DNA from: Porphyridium purpureum
Lineage: Eukaryota
Reading direction: 5' to 3'
Length of the DNA stretch: 64,000 bases
Assembly (NCBI GenBank): GCA_008690995.1
Contig: VRMN01000018.1
Span: 62,001-126,000, forward strand
Part shown: one piece after another, positions 22,326-33,148 of the stretch
Numbering within the stretch: position 1 is the first letter of the stretch
How the letters are laid out: every line of letters starts with the position of its first letter
Position numbers and translations under genes: made by a program
Notes under the pieces: model-generated
The model's input: only the letters and a program-made list of their open reading frames with translations
The model's database searches: none
Told to the model about the DNA's origin: nothing

Positions 22326-23654
22326 CTAACGAGGCTCGCCATCGTGATACATGTCAACCACATCGAACGGGGTCTCTGGGCGCTTGAGCTGGGACAGCTC
22401 GCTTGGGTAGGATTCCTCGTAGCCGTACACGCCAGGAACAAGCTGTGACGTGTGACGCGAGAACATAGAGAGGGTGTACGCGCCACTATCGCGAACGACA
22501 ATCCAGTCGCCTTGCTCCACGCGGGGGAGCACACGTCCCACAGCAAGCAAGTCACCAGAGAAGCACAGTGGGCCACCAATGTCCTGCGGAATCCATTCGT
22601 CCTGAGGGAAACACTTGGCCTTTGGGTTTCCTTGTGCATCATACACCTCGATGCGGTGGTACCACTTCTCGGGAAGATAGACAGGACGCTGGAACATGTG
22701 TGCTCCAGCATGGCACAGCACGATGTTACGCCCACCGGCGTGCTTGGTGTACTCGACCTGAGCCGCGAACCATCCGACCTTGGCATTGATACGACGGCCA
22801 AACTCAGTCAAAATGCGGTATTTGCCAGTGAAAAGACCAGGCACGCGTTCGCGCAGCTCACATGCGTATTCGGCAAAGGTCATACCCACTTCATCAGAGT
22901 CGTAGTTCGCCGAAAGCCCACCGCCAATGTCAATGTTGGTCACCTGGTTGTCACGCTCGGCGTTCAGCTGCTCTGCAAGCTCGTACGCCACCCGTGCGCC
23001 TTCAATGAGCTGATCGGCGCCGCATCCTTGCGAGCCCACATGCACGTGCACGCCACACAACCACTTGTAGTGCTTGAACGCTTGGACCAGCGCGCCCCTT
23101 TGCTCCTTGAGCGGGACGCCAAACTTGCTCGACGCGCTGGCGGTGCTGGTCTCCTTGATCTTTCCAGCGCCCGTCTGCGGGTTAATGCGCACGCCCACCA
23201 AGCCCTTACGACAGCGCTCGTGGCGCTCACGCAACGCGGCAATACGCTCGACCTCCTGCAGATTATCTGCGTTGACGTAAATTCCGCGCGATAGCGCGAA
23301 CACGAGCTCGGTGCGGGTCTTTGCCGGCGAATCGTAGATGATGCGCGAGGGATGGACGCCGGCCTCGAGTGCGATGTGCACCTCGGCGATGGAGGCGCAC
23401 TCCGCGCCCATGCCAAGCTTGCGCGCCTCGCGCACCATTGCGACGACCGGGTTTGCCTTGATGGCAAATCCGTGCAGCGCCGATGGCGGGAATGCGGTGA
23501 TGAGCTCCTTGCACTGTTTGCGGAACAGAGTCAAGTCATAGAAGAGGCCCGAGGGGTTCTCATCGTCGATAAGCTGCGCCTGCAGCGCGGCCTTGATCAC
23601 GCTCGACACGCGCAGCGACTCGGCTGTCACCTGGCTGCTCTTCACCAGCACCAT
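22326..23654 (-). CDS. Fold-type III PLP-dependent decarboxylase, diaminopimelate-decarboxylase-like (substrate uncertain)
   Basis: FAIKANP (PLP Lys), SKFG, HVHVGSQ, DIGGG, EFGR, GPLCFSGD and GAY motifs. Confidence 0.85.
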   Translation of the reverse strand: MVLVKSSQVTAESLRVSSVIKAALQAQLIDDENPSGLFYDLTLFRKQCKELITAFPPSALHGFAIKANPVVAMVREARKLGMGAECASIAEVHIALEAGVHPSRIIYDSPAKTRTELVFALSRGIYVNADNLQEVERIAALRERHERCRKGLVGVRINPQTGAGKIKETSTASASSKFGVPLKEQRGALVQAFKHYKWLCGVHVHVGSQGCGADQLIEGARVAYELAEQLNAERDNQVTNIDIGGGLSANYDSDEVGMTFAEYACELRERVPGLFTGKYRILTEFGRRINAKVGWFAAQVEYTKHAGGRNIVLCHAGAHMFQRPVYLPEKWYHRIEVYDAQGNPKAKCFPQDEWIPQDIGGPLCFSGDLLAVGRVLPRVEQGDWIVVRDSGAYTLSMFSRHTSQLVPGVYGYEESYPSELSQLKRPETPFDVVDMYHDGEPR

Positions 23655-23666
23655 ACCTCCAAGCAA

Positions 23667-23667
<1 letters not shown>

Positions 23668-23697
<30 letters not shown>

Positions 23698-23709
23698 CAC
23701 TCTCTCTCT
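23668..23709. repeat. (CA)n(CT)n microsatellite directly upstream of the LysA-like ATG
   Basis: Directly visible. Confidence 0.9.
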
Positions 23710-23936
23710 AACACACTGCGTATGGAACAGACTATCTGCGAGGGGGCGCACCACGTCCCGAACCAGCTCGGTATCTATGTGGCGTAGATCGAGGAATCGT
23801 ACGGAATCAGCTTGCCCACCATTCCCACCGCGCTCACCCACCCACTCTGCACACCCGACGCGTCTCTGCGTCTCTTCTCCCTCTGCGTGCGTCCGACTGC
23901 TGCCGCCGCAAGTACCTCGCGTCTCCGCATGGACGC

Positions 23937-23958
23937 CTCTCTCTCTCTCTCTCTCTCT
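23937..23958. repeat. (CT)11 microsatellite
   Basis: Directly visible. Confidence 0.9.
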
Positions 23959-24079
23959 GACCCAAAGCACATTCCGAGAAGTGTGTGGAAGTAGCCCCGT
24001 TTCCTGCCGTCCGCCTGATGCATTTTGAACCACCGCCTCATCTCGCCACAACCGTGTAAGCGCCCGCCATGCAACTGTA

Positions 24080-25520
24080 AAGTGCGGACAAATAGGATAG
24101 GACCCCCCCAAGTTTTTCTGGACTTTATAATAAATTCGATCGTTTTACTATGTAAGGCGGTATTCTCCACTGGAGGTACAGTGAAAAGCGCGCACAAAAA
24201 GGATAGGACCGGGAACAATATCAGCGACAATCCAAGGCTGCGCGTGGACAGGCGGCACGAATTTTGATCTTCGTGTGCGCTCATGTGCGACACCATCGCC
24301 CAGGTACTATGCGACGCAAATGCGGACTCTCAGAGCGCGGAAAAAGAGCCATTTTGGCCTTCAAGGCAGCATGCGACGCTCTGCAGGGAATATCGCGTAA
24401 GATAAACCGCTCCGGTAGCGCAATTCGCCGCTTCTCAGCAGGTGCTGATGCATACAGTCTCAAGTACACTTCCACCAACCCGTCTAAGCTCACGCCGGCC
24501 GTTGTCGAAAGGATCACGAACAGTGAAAGTTTGAGCGAGCTTTTCAAAAAGCGTGACTATTAGCCGAGGATCTGCTCCTGCGGAGGAACAAAATTGCATC
24601 ATGGACCACAGTCCGGAGCGCAATGCACCAGCAATATGCCTTCCATCGTGTGGTGAATAATCTGTCTTTTGACACTCGACCGAAAGCTAGCAAGACTTGA
24701 TTGTGCCAGAGCTCAAACGTCGTTTCGTGAAAAGTGAAAGAAGATTGTTTCTTCTGACAAGAAAAGGTTCGATTTCGATGTGCTCAGATGTCTTTCACGC
24801 CGCATGGTCAAATGAGGTGGACGATACTCATTCGTGCTGGTCTAATTATACTGCGGGGGAAGCATCATGATCTGGGGCAAAATTTTGAGCTGTAAACGTT
24901 TATGTTTGCACATTGGTGAAGGCAGAGTGAGTGCAGATAGGTACGTGCGCATGTTGCAGGGCAAAGAGAAGCTTCAGAAACGCCGCGATTTAGAGAACCA
25001 TGGCTTCATATGGGTGAAAGAAAATACGAAGCGGCAAACTACTGACCAAGAAGGCAGCACTTTCGAAGCAGCCATGTCCACATTATGGAGTGGTTTGAGT
25101 ACTTTTCAGACTTCAGCATGGTTGCCAACGTCTGAGGAATACAGACCGCAAGATTATTGGGGACCAGAGGCAGTACGCGACCGTGGACCGGCTAAAGAAT
25201 GCTGTTTTTGCTGCGCAAGGCGCTGTTGAGCTGGCTAGCTTCAACATACTGCATTTTTCAGTGGAAAATCGAATGTGGAGATGTGCGCAACGTCAGCGTG
25301 CATAGGTGGGAGGCAATCGGAGTCGATTTCGCCTGCGCCTTGCTGCGCAATTGCACGCACAAAGTTGGGGGTCCTATCCTATTTGACCCTCTTTTTTGTC
25401 CTTTTTCCGTGCCCTTCCTCCGTTTCTTGTCCTTTTCATACTAAAACACTTTATTCTTAATATAAAACTCTGAAATTGAGTATAAAATTGTGGGGGGTCC
25501 TATCCATTCTGGTCGCACTT
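24080..25520 (+). mobile_element. Decayed Tc1/mariner (Tc3-like) DNA transposon, about 1.44 kb
   Basis: TA on both flanks (24078-24079 and 25521-25522); imperfect terminal inverted repeats AAGTGCGGACAAATAGGATAGGACCCCCC and AAGTGCGACCAGAATGGATAGGACCCCCC (reverse complement); internal transposase relics; more AT-rich than the genes. Confidence 0.88.
24309..25330 (+). pseudogene. Disrupted Tc3-like DDE transposase
   Basis: N-terminal HTH (LSERGKRAI...ISRKINRSGSAIRRF), *KKIVSSDKKRFDFD (~WSKVVFSDEKKFNLD), GGSIMIWG, FIWVKEN (~FQQDN) and WLPTS..RPQDYWG (~WPARSPDLNPIENLWG), with stops and frameshifts; 3' end approximate. Confidence 0.85.
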
Positions 25521-25721
25521 TATTTCATGAACTGTACACTCGTCGGCTTGAATTTGCAGGCGAGCTCCGCAGTACCTTAGGGCGACCCGAGAAGTACAGC
25601 GCGCGGATCGCGTGCGGCTCTATCGGTTTAATGGTTTGAGACGGCCAACGCGAAGGACAGAAAGAGACAGCGGACCAATAAAAATGTGTAGCGCGTCATT
25701 TACTCGGATGGCGTGGAAATG

Positions 25722-26819
25722 CTAGAACAGGTGTTCGAGCGACTTGGCGGCATCCAGCAGGCCAGTCATAGGGTTTTGTGTGGTCCAGCCAAGCAGGCGA
25801 TAGGCTTTGGCGCTGGACACCTCGATCTTGACGTTGAGCAGGTGCCGGAACGTGTGGACTTCCTTGTCGAACGCCGCCACGACCTGCATCAGCCACGACG
25901 GACACCGGTACACCACGATTTTGCGCTCGGGATACGCCGCCTGCAGTTCGTGCGCCATGTCGTACAGCCACAGGAAGCCGCCAACAGCACAGAATCGCTC
26001 GCTCACAGCTTCGGGCTTGGTCATGCATAGGATGTGCAGCTCGGCAACGTCCGACGCGTGCACGCTCTCAAATCCTAGCGCCGGAACGAGTGGAATCTGC
26101 CGTTGCATGATTTTGGTGACCACGTGCAGCGACGAGCGCGCGTACGAGCACGGCGCGCGGCCAATAACGTAGCCCGGATTCACCACAGATAACTCTATGA
26201 CATCCTTGTGTTTCTCGTACAGCTCCCAAAGCGCACGCTCGGCGTACAGCTTGGACTTCTCGTACGAAATCATGGGCGTGGGCCCATCGTCTTGAGACCA
26301 GTCCGACTCGTCAAAGACCCGCGGCGGATGTGCCGTGTAGTCGTGGCCCGCAATTATTGCTGCAATGGAGCTCGTGTAAACAAACCGCTTGACGCATCCG
26401 GCCTGAACGGCCTTGAGGAACGCGCGCTTCACTCCCTCTATGGCCGGCCGGATCATTTCCTCCTCCGGGTTCTTCGGCTCTTGCGCGCTCACGGGCGACG
26501 CCACGTGCAGAACATACGTGCACCCTTGCATCGCTGAGTCCCAATTCTCGTCTTTCTCTAGGTCGAGCTGCACGAACTCGACTCGGTCCCTGGCGAACAC
26601 GTCGCTCCCAAACGCAGTTTGTAACTCGGCCAGCGTGGTTTTCGCTTTGGCCAGCGAGCGCAGCGAACCTCGCACTCGGTAACCATGTCTCAAGCACGCG
26701 GCGGCGACGTGACCGCCCACAAAGCCCGTAATTCCCGTCACCAGCACGAGTTCCTGTGGCGCTCCCGCCGGGAGCGGCGTTGTGCCGTTCGTCTTGTCGG
26801 AAGAGCTTCTCGAAACCAT
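25722..26819 (-). CDS. Extended SDR, NAD(P)-dependent aldehyde reductase/dihydroflavonol-reductase-like
   Basis: VLVTGITGFVGG, LHVASP, YTSS and YEKSK catalytic motif. Confidence 0.92.
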   Translation of the reverse strand: MVSRSSSDKTNGTTPLPAGAPQELVLVTGITGFVGGHVAAACLRHGYRVRGSLRSLAKAKTTLAELQTAFGSDVFARDRVEFVQLDLEKDENWDSAMQGCTYVLHVASPVSAQEPKNPEEEMIRPAIEGVKRAFLKAVQAGCVKRFVYTSSIAAIIAGHDYTAHPPRVFDESDWSQDDGPTPMISYEKSKLYAERALWELYEKHKDVIELSVVNPGYVIGRAPCSYARSSLHVVTKIMQRQIPLVPALGFESVHASDVAELHILCMTKPEAVSERFCAVGGFLWLYDMAHELQAAYPERKIVVYRCPSWLMQVVAAFDKEVHTFRHLLNVKIEVSSAKAYRLLGWTTQNPMTGLLDAAKSLEHLF

Positions 26820-27470
26820 CCTCGCCCTTGGCTCCCTTGCAAGATGCCCGCATGCGACAAAGTCAGCTCGCTGGACCGGCGAAAGAAGTTGCACCTTTCA
26901 GGCTCGCCCCAACCCCCTCGAACTTAACACGTGCACTCCTCTCCGTCTCCCAATGCACAGCCGTTACACACAAACAATTCGAATGTTGCTAGATCTTCTT
27001 ATGTAAGTCACTTCGAGTCGGCGCTTTTCTTTACACCTTCACTTTTTCCGGGTATTTGAACTTAAAAATGGGTCGTGCCCGACACGCGCCGCCACTTTAC
27101 ACCGACCAGCAGAATAACACTCACGCGCAGACTCACATTCACACACAACCGCTCATCCGTCGGCACGCGTCCCGGCGGGCACTCGCGCAGCACGACGCCA
27201 CGTCTCGGGAGCGCTGTGGTGGCGCGCTGCAAGGAAAGCACCGCTAGCAATGCCTGCGACATGCTTACGCACCACCGGCAGGCGTCAGCCATCCGCGTCA
27301 GTCTCACCTCCATCGCCGGTCGGCGTCGTCTTTGTGATCGTCCGCTCCAAGTCTGGCCTCCGGGCGTCTCATGGGTCGAAGCACTTGAATTTTACGAAGT
27401 TTATGTGAAGCGCGTCGGGGTGGAGCTTTGTGCGAGTCACACACCTGAGACGTGCCCGCACGCGTGCTTC

Positions 27471-27914
27471 TCAAACTACAGAGACCACATCGAGCTCATC
27501 CTCGTCCTCGGAGTGGTACGGCGTGCCTGGCGCTTTGCCTGCACCCACAAGCACGGAAGGCGCGCTGGAGTAAAGATACTGCCTCAACAACCGGCTTTGG
27601 TCCTGAACCGCCTTGACTGAGCCGCCATTCGTAGAGCGCTCTGCTTGCAGCGGGTCTCGAGGTCCCAAATTTCCAGCCAGCAGACTCAGCATTGAAAACA
27701 AAGTCATGTACAACGCGCAGAGAATATGCACGGGCAGAATGAGGACTTGCATGGCCTCAGAAACCAGCTCGACCCTACGTGAGGTGGTCACTGGACCAGG
27801 GAGTAGCTCCTCATTATCTTTGGATACCCGGAACAGATGCTTTGCACGCACCAGTGCGGTAAACCCCAGCTCTGCCAGCCCACCATGGCTTCTGGCCTCC
27901 GTCACGTCCAGCAT
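27471..27914 (-). CDS. Hypothetical 147-aa protein with one hydrophobic segment
   Basis: ATG-initiated ORF divergent from the kinase, with an acidic C-end; no recognised motif. Confidence 0.35.
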   Translation of the reverse strand: MLDVTEARSHGGLAELGFTALVRAKHLFRVSKDNEELLPGPVTTSRRVELVSEAMQVLILPVHILCALYMTLFSMLSLLAGNLGPRDPLQAERSTNGGSVKAVQDQSRLLRQYLYSSAPSVLVGAGKAPGTPYHSEDEDELDVVSVV

Positions 27915-28445
27915 TCTGCAGCTCCTACGTCCAGCCAGGAACCGCTCGTCAAGCTACCACCTTCCTACGCTTGCGCCTGTCCTTGCATCCTTCACATGTC
28001 GCACGCAGTGCTCATCATAAATACAGCCAGAGCCAGACTACCCGCCTCGTCTTCCTCCTCCCTCTCAATGGCACGGCTTCTCCAATTGAGCCAATTGGCA
28101 GAAAACCCTAAATATAACCAACACTAACCCTCGATCTAACCAAGTGTAACGGCTAAACCTTTTTTTAACGTCCCCCATGTTTAAAAAAAAAAAGGGTGCT
28201 GCCTGACAGACTTTTGTGTGGTGTGCTGGTCGACCGGAAAGGCGCAATTCGCAACGCGCTTGGGAGAAGGGCGGGCTGTCTGCGTGCCGCAAAGGAGCGC
28301 AAACGCGGCGGCGAGTGGCCACGGTTCGCGCACGCGCCGGAACGCGCACGCTCTTTGTTTCGGGGTGGGATTTTTAGGGGACGCGGAGCGGCGGAGCGGA
28401 GCGGTTGCGAGGCTCCCGTGCCGCCGTCGAGTTTTCGGACGGACC

Positions 28446-31400
28446 ATGGCCGTGGACGGCGGCGCGGCCGCTGAGCCGCCAGCTTCCAGCGCAGCCGCGC
28501 ATAGTATAGACGCGAAAGATTGTGATGCCGCGCTCGTTGAGTTGCTCGAGGTGTGCGCCAAATTGCTGGAATTGCAGAAAAACGTCAGGCGCACCGTGCA
28601 AAGCAGTGCGCAGCAAAGTTCCAGCTCTGGGTCTGGGGTAAACGCGCTGCGTGGCTTGTTCAAACCTGCGAAGCTTTCCGCGGCAGCAGCGTCTGAAAGA
28701 AGTGATCTCGGGAACTCGGCGAATCCTCCTACTGAAGCCGACAGAACGAGCGCAGAAGCGAAGGATTCGACGGACCGAGCTGCCGACGAATTCGCGAAAG
28801 ATGGCATATCACGAGCAGAAAATGGCCCAGTGCCGAAAGCAGCGGATGATACTCTGGCATTGAATGCGACTCCTGAACAGGGAGGCGCCAACCTAGCATC
28901 GGGTAATTCGCCGGCGAGACTGTCGGGTGCCTCAAAGGTCGACCGCGCCGTCATCGATGTTTTGGCCCGCGATAGAACTGCGCTCTTACATATTGAAAAG
29001 CTACAGTCGTGTAGCTATTCGCCCTTAGAACTCATCTCGCATCGGACGCGGCTCGAAAACGATGCCATCAAGGAGTGGGAAGCGAAAACCGCGATGTTTC
29101 GTTCTGGACTTTTTCCAAACACATTTGACATTGATGGTATGAGCGAGGATGAGTTTGTCACAGTTGGTGCCACTCTGGTAACTGAGGATTACGATACCAC
29201 TGCGCCGCGATGGTATGTTCCTCCTCGACGATCGTCGGAAGGGCAGGGGCAGCATTCAGCGAGACAGTCTTTTTCAAAGGAGCGCGATATCGGCCAAGCA
29301 TTTGAAGACGAGTCCGCCGCGAAGGATGGGGGCCCCCTTCGACTGATTTTGAGCTTCCCGGATTCGGAAGCGACCCAAACACTGTACGGCGGGGGCGATC
29401 ATGCCGACCTTAACGAGGAGATGACAAAAGCCAACAGCGGGCCAGCGCAAAGTGCAGTGTGGGCTTCGAATGGAAAGGAAGACGTAGAAGAGAATGTGGC
29501 GCCACGTATGCTGCACACGCTGCCGCTAGATCAGCTGGTTGAAGAAAGCATGAAGGGGATCGACATCGAACGCTTCGACCGTGACTTCCGCACCATTTAC
29601 GGCCAATCGCCAGACTTTGACGAAGCCAAGGACGGCGTTCGCGTCGCTGCAGGTGAGTTTTATCGTACCTATGAGGAAATGGTCGCCACCTGGGAGATCG
29701 AGGCCCGTATTTTTGCAACAGGCGGATTCTGCGAGGTGGTCCGGGGACTCGAGCGCAAAGAAGGTGCAAATCGCAGGGTATGTGCGGTGAAAATTTTAAA
29801 CAAGCAAGGGTCGATTTTTTCGATGAAGAATGCTGTACGAGAAATTTTCTCTTTGCGGTACACGATGATCAGTGGCGGTCATGAGAACGTTGTGCAGCTG
29901 TACGAGGTCTCGGAAAACAGCAAGAATGTGTACATTGTCAATGAATTTCTTGGCGGTGGCGAGCTGCTCGACCAAATAGATTCGAGTGGGTCCTACACTG
30001 AAGGACGTGCTGCTTCCCTTGTGAGGCAAATGCTCAAGGCACTGCACTTTTGCCACAGCCTCAATTTGTCCCACCGTGACGTGAAGCCTGAGAATTTTAT
30101 CTTTACCGGGAAGGCCGAGAACTCGAAACTCAAGCTCATCGACTTTGGGATTTCACACTGCGACACAGAGAATAATGAGCTTCTCAGGACTCAAGTGGGA
30201 ACTCCGTTGTACATATCACCGGAAGTGCTGTATGGTGAGCCGTACGTCGGCTCCGAGGTGGACATGTGGTCCATGGGAATTATTGTCTACATCATGCTAT
30301 CCGGCCGTCCCCCATTTGACGACTCGGACCTGCGCGAGCTGATCCGGCACCTGAAGTACGATCCCGTGACCTTTGATGGTTTGAGTTGGGTCACGGTATC
30401 CGAGTGCGCCAAGCATTTCATAAGGGGCCTGTTGAGCAAGGATCCGACGAAGCGAATGACATCACAAGAAGCATTGACACATCCGTGGTTAACCAAGGCA
30501 AGCATGTTCACTTCAAACGAACTGCTGTTGAACGTACAAGACAATATTCGTGCCTTCCATCATCGCCGGCGGTGGCGCGCTGCCATTGCTGCAGTGCAGG
30601 CTCGTAATCGTATGCAAAGCTTGTATCAGGTTGTGCTCGAAGAGCAGCAGGCTCGAGAAAGCGCGCCATTGGCGGATGGGACTGATTCTGAAATTCCACT
30701 CCCCTCGAAGCGTGAGAGCAGCGTAACCAACGCACGCAATAATAGCGGCAGCATAACCAGCGCAGTTCTGTCTCAAAGCAAGGCGTCCGATTTCGCGCAT
30801 GGGTACAACGACTCGGGTCGAACGCTGCAGAGCACGCTTTCACGGGAGGGCGCAGGGCTTCCATCGAGGCGCGAAACGGTACGTAGCCAACCAGCGAGTG
30901 CTGTTTCGGATGATGGAGGTGTGTCTGTCCACGTAAACTCCAGCAATGTTCAGGAACGCATCCGACAAAGTCATGCGAGACACGCTCGACAAGAAATGAT
31001 CAGATCTCAGAGAATCGGGACCTTCGGCATAGCTCAAGCAGGGCAAGCTCAATCACGTGTAACATCTGCTTTGCCGCCAGCGATTCCGAATGGAGGTGCT
31101 CGTGTAGGTGCTGCAAATTCCGACGCGACAGGACAGCTAGCAGAAGCACGCTCAGTCATCACAGCGAAGCGCGGCGGCCCACCGCCTACCATTCGGCCGC
31201 CGGCAAACCCGCCACCGCAACCTTCGAATGGTGGCGGGAGAGCTCCTCCCCAAAAACACTCCGCGCAAGACAAGGTCGGTAAGAGGCCGCTGAGCAGTGT
31301 CGTAAAGCCCTCCGGAGCAGCAGTGGGCTCCCCGCCCGTCGATCACGCGGCGGCCGGGATTTCTTCTAGCGCGAGTACGGGGCCCAAGGCGACTCCGACA

Positions 31401-32375
31401 GGGTCTGCTGGCTCACCCGGGGCTCAGAACACGCTTGGGCGGTACCTGCGGAAGCAGAGCAAGGCAGTGATTTCGCCAGAAACCGACGCTGTGGTGACTG
31501 AGAAAAGCAACTGGTCCAGTGCTGAACTGCGAACAGGAGTCAAAGATAACACCGATGGCGGCAGTGGTCCCTTCAAAATCAAAGAACACATTCGCAACAC
31601 AGGGTCAAAAATAACCGACCTATCTGCGACACCAGACGAAAGGGCGGCGAAGAGTAGAGAGCCGAAGGGCGCGAGGCCTTTGCAAGCCATGCCAAATGTT
31701 GCTTCAGAACAAAGCTTATCGTCTCCGGGCAGAGACAAAGAAGCGGCCTTTCCTCGGACGACGTCGGCGCAGGACAGTGTGTCGTTCGCGGCAGATGGTG
31801 ACGCCGATGCTGATCGCCGTGCGAATCGCCGTGGAAGTATCGAGATATTGTTCGGTGCGGTGAGGCCCGGCGACGGCACCAAGCCAAAGACGCTAGAAAG
31901 ACTCAGACCGTCTGCCTCTCGCTCCGACGTGAAGTCGGCTTCGGGCGGCGTTGAATCGTCCGGAAAGTTGATGTCATTGTTTAGCCGCAAGGGGAATAAT
32001 GCTGAGGGCGACCGAGGCAAGGACAGGAATGATCAAATCGCAAAGAGGGGTTCTAGCGGGGGCATGGGTGGCGGTATTCGGCTGACATTGTCTCGGCCCA
32101 ATGTGGTGCGAGATACGAACGCACCGAGCACCCAGAGCAACAGCGCCGCACGAGAAGAGGTGACTGACGATGACTTTGACGCCTTCCGGATCGATTCCGG
32201 TCCGATCGACGCATCGGTGCCTGGGCGTGGCAGTGGCACTGTGGCGTCGACTGGTCCCGAGACTGACAAGCACGACGTGCGTGAGGGCGACTCGCTGCTC
32301 TTCAAAATGTGGCCGGGAGGCGCTAGGAAAAAAGGTTCCAAGCGCACGAGCTCTGCAGGAGCAGACCGAACGTAA
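28446..32375 (+). CDS. CaMK-group Ser/Thr protein kinase with long disordered extensions
   Basis: AVK, HRDVKPEN, DFG, GTPLYISPE and DMWSMG; CaM-binding-like helix RAFHHRRRWRAAI after the kinase domain. Confidence 0.92.
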   Translation: MAVDGGAAAEPPASSAAAHSIDAKDCDAALVELLEVCAKLLELQKNVRRTVQSSAQQSSSSGSGVNALRGLFKPAKLSAAAASERSDLGNSANPPTEADRTSAEAKDSTDRAADEFAKDGISRAENGPVPKAADDTLALNATPEQGGANLASGNSPARLSGASKVDRAVIDVLARDRTALLHIEKLQSCSYSPLELISHRTRLENDAIKEWEAKTAMFRSGLFPNTFDIDGMSEDEFVTVGATLVTEDYDTTAPRWYVPPRRSSEGQGQHSARQSFSKERDIGQAFEDESAAKDGGPLRLILSFPDSEATQTLYGGGDHADLNEEMTKANSGPAQSAVWASNGKEDVEENVAPRMLHTLPLDQLVEESMKGIDIERFDRDFRTIYGQSPDFDEAKDGVRVAAGEFYRTYEEMVATWEIEARIFATGGFCEVVRGLERKEGANRRVCAVKILNKQGSIFSMKNAVREIFSLRYTMISGGHENVVQLYEVSENSKNVYIVNEFLGGGELLDQIDSSGSYTEGRAASLVRQMLKALHFCHSLNLSHRDVKPENFIFTGKAENSKLKLIDFGISHCDTENNELLRTQVGTPLYISPEVLYGEPYVGSEVDMWSMGIIVYIMLSGRPPFDDSDLRELIRHLKYDPVTFDGLSWVTVSECAKHFIRGLLSKDPTKRMTSQEALTHPWLTKASMFTSNELLLNVQDNIRAFHHRRRWRAAIAAVQARNRMQSLYQVVLEEQQARESAPLADGTDSEIPLPSKRESSVTNARNNSGSITSAVLSQSKASDFAHGYNDSGRTLQSTLSREGAGLPSRRETVRSQPASAVSDDGGVSVHVNSSNVQERIRQSHARHARQEMIRSQRIGTFGIAQAGQAQSRVTSALPPAIPNGGARVGAANSDATGQLAEARSVITAKRGGPPPTIRPPANPPPQPSNGGGRAPPQKHSAQDKVGKRPLSSVVKPSGAAVGSPPVDHAAAGISSSASTGPKATPTGSAGSPGAQNTLGRYLRKQSKAVISPETDAVVTEKSNWSSAELRTGVKDNTDGGSGPFKIKEHIRNTGSKITDLSATPDERAAKSREPKGARPLQAMPNVASEQSLSSPGRDKEAAFPRTTSAQDSVSFAADGDADADRRANRRGSIEILFGAVRPGDGTKPKTLERLRPSASRSDVKSASGGVESSGKLMSLFSRKGNNAEGDRGKDRNDQIAKRGSSGGMGGGIRLTLSRPNVVRDTNAPSTQSNSAAREEVTDDDFDAFRIDSGPIDASVPGRGSGTVASTGPETDKHDVREGDSLLFKMWPGGARKKGSKRTSSAGADRT

Positions 32376-33148
32376 TTCAGGCCCGACAGTCGCTGCAGCA
32401 GCCTGTAGGTTCGGATGAGGCAGGATGGGCTTGTCCCTGCGAACAAAACACAAAGACCTGGTGAAGGTTCTCACCTTGCTGGGCATCCTTGCAAGAACGT
32501 TTGTGTTTGCCCTCCCGCCAAGGTTTGGCTTGACGAATGGGTCGTAGGCTGAGGGCCGCGGAAAGGCAAAGCATTGGCAGGATTGATGACGATAACGATA
32601 TCGCGAGTCGACAGACGTGCTTCAGCGCACAGATTGTAGAGTGCGCTCCAAATTGGCAGCCAGGGTACTTGTGAATGCGTGACGCACGTAGGTGCTCATC
32701 CTGCGTCTGCTCAGACCCATTCAGTAAAAAGCAGTGTTGTGTGCGTACATTGTCACTCACGGTCGGTCAGTCCACGACGCAGCTGCAGCGTTCCACTGCA
32801 GAGCGCGCGGCCGGACCTTGCATCGTGCAGGCCATCTCACCGTCTAAACACCCCGACCCCCGTCTGCGTCCATCGAGCAGCGCCAGAGCACAAGCATCGC
32901 AGCGCGAAGGTACAGTTCTCTAGGGTTCCGAAGTACAGTTAGATTCTAACTGTACCGCGTCGATTTGCGTCTAGGGTTTTTCTTTTCTTTGCGCTTCTTG
33001 CTCTTGGAGCGTGTGCGGGCGCGTACGGAGCGAGTGCGCGAAGATGCGATAGAAGGCGAGAAGGGAAGAAGACGCGTTGCGGTGGTGGTGGCGGGTTCAT
33101 TGCGGCGTGGATGTGAAGCGCGGCTGACTCGCGGTGTGGTGGTGAGCT

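Noticed and set aside
27062..27620. Small ORFs and a possible GTGAGA...CAG mini-intron on the minus strand
   Set aside because: Splicing from the upstream ATG gives an almost immediate stop; no recognisable product.
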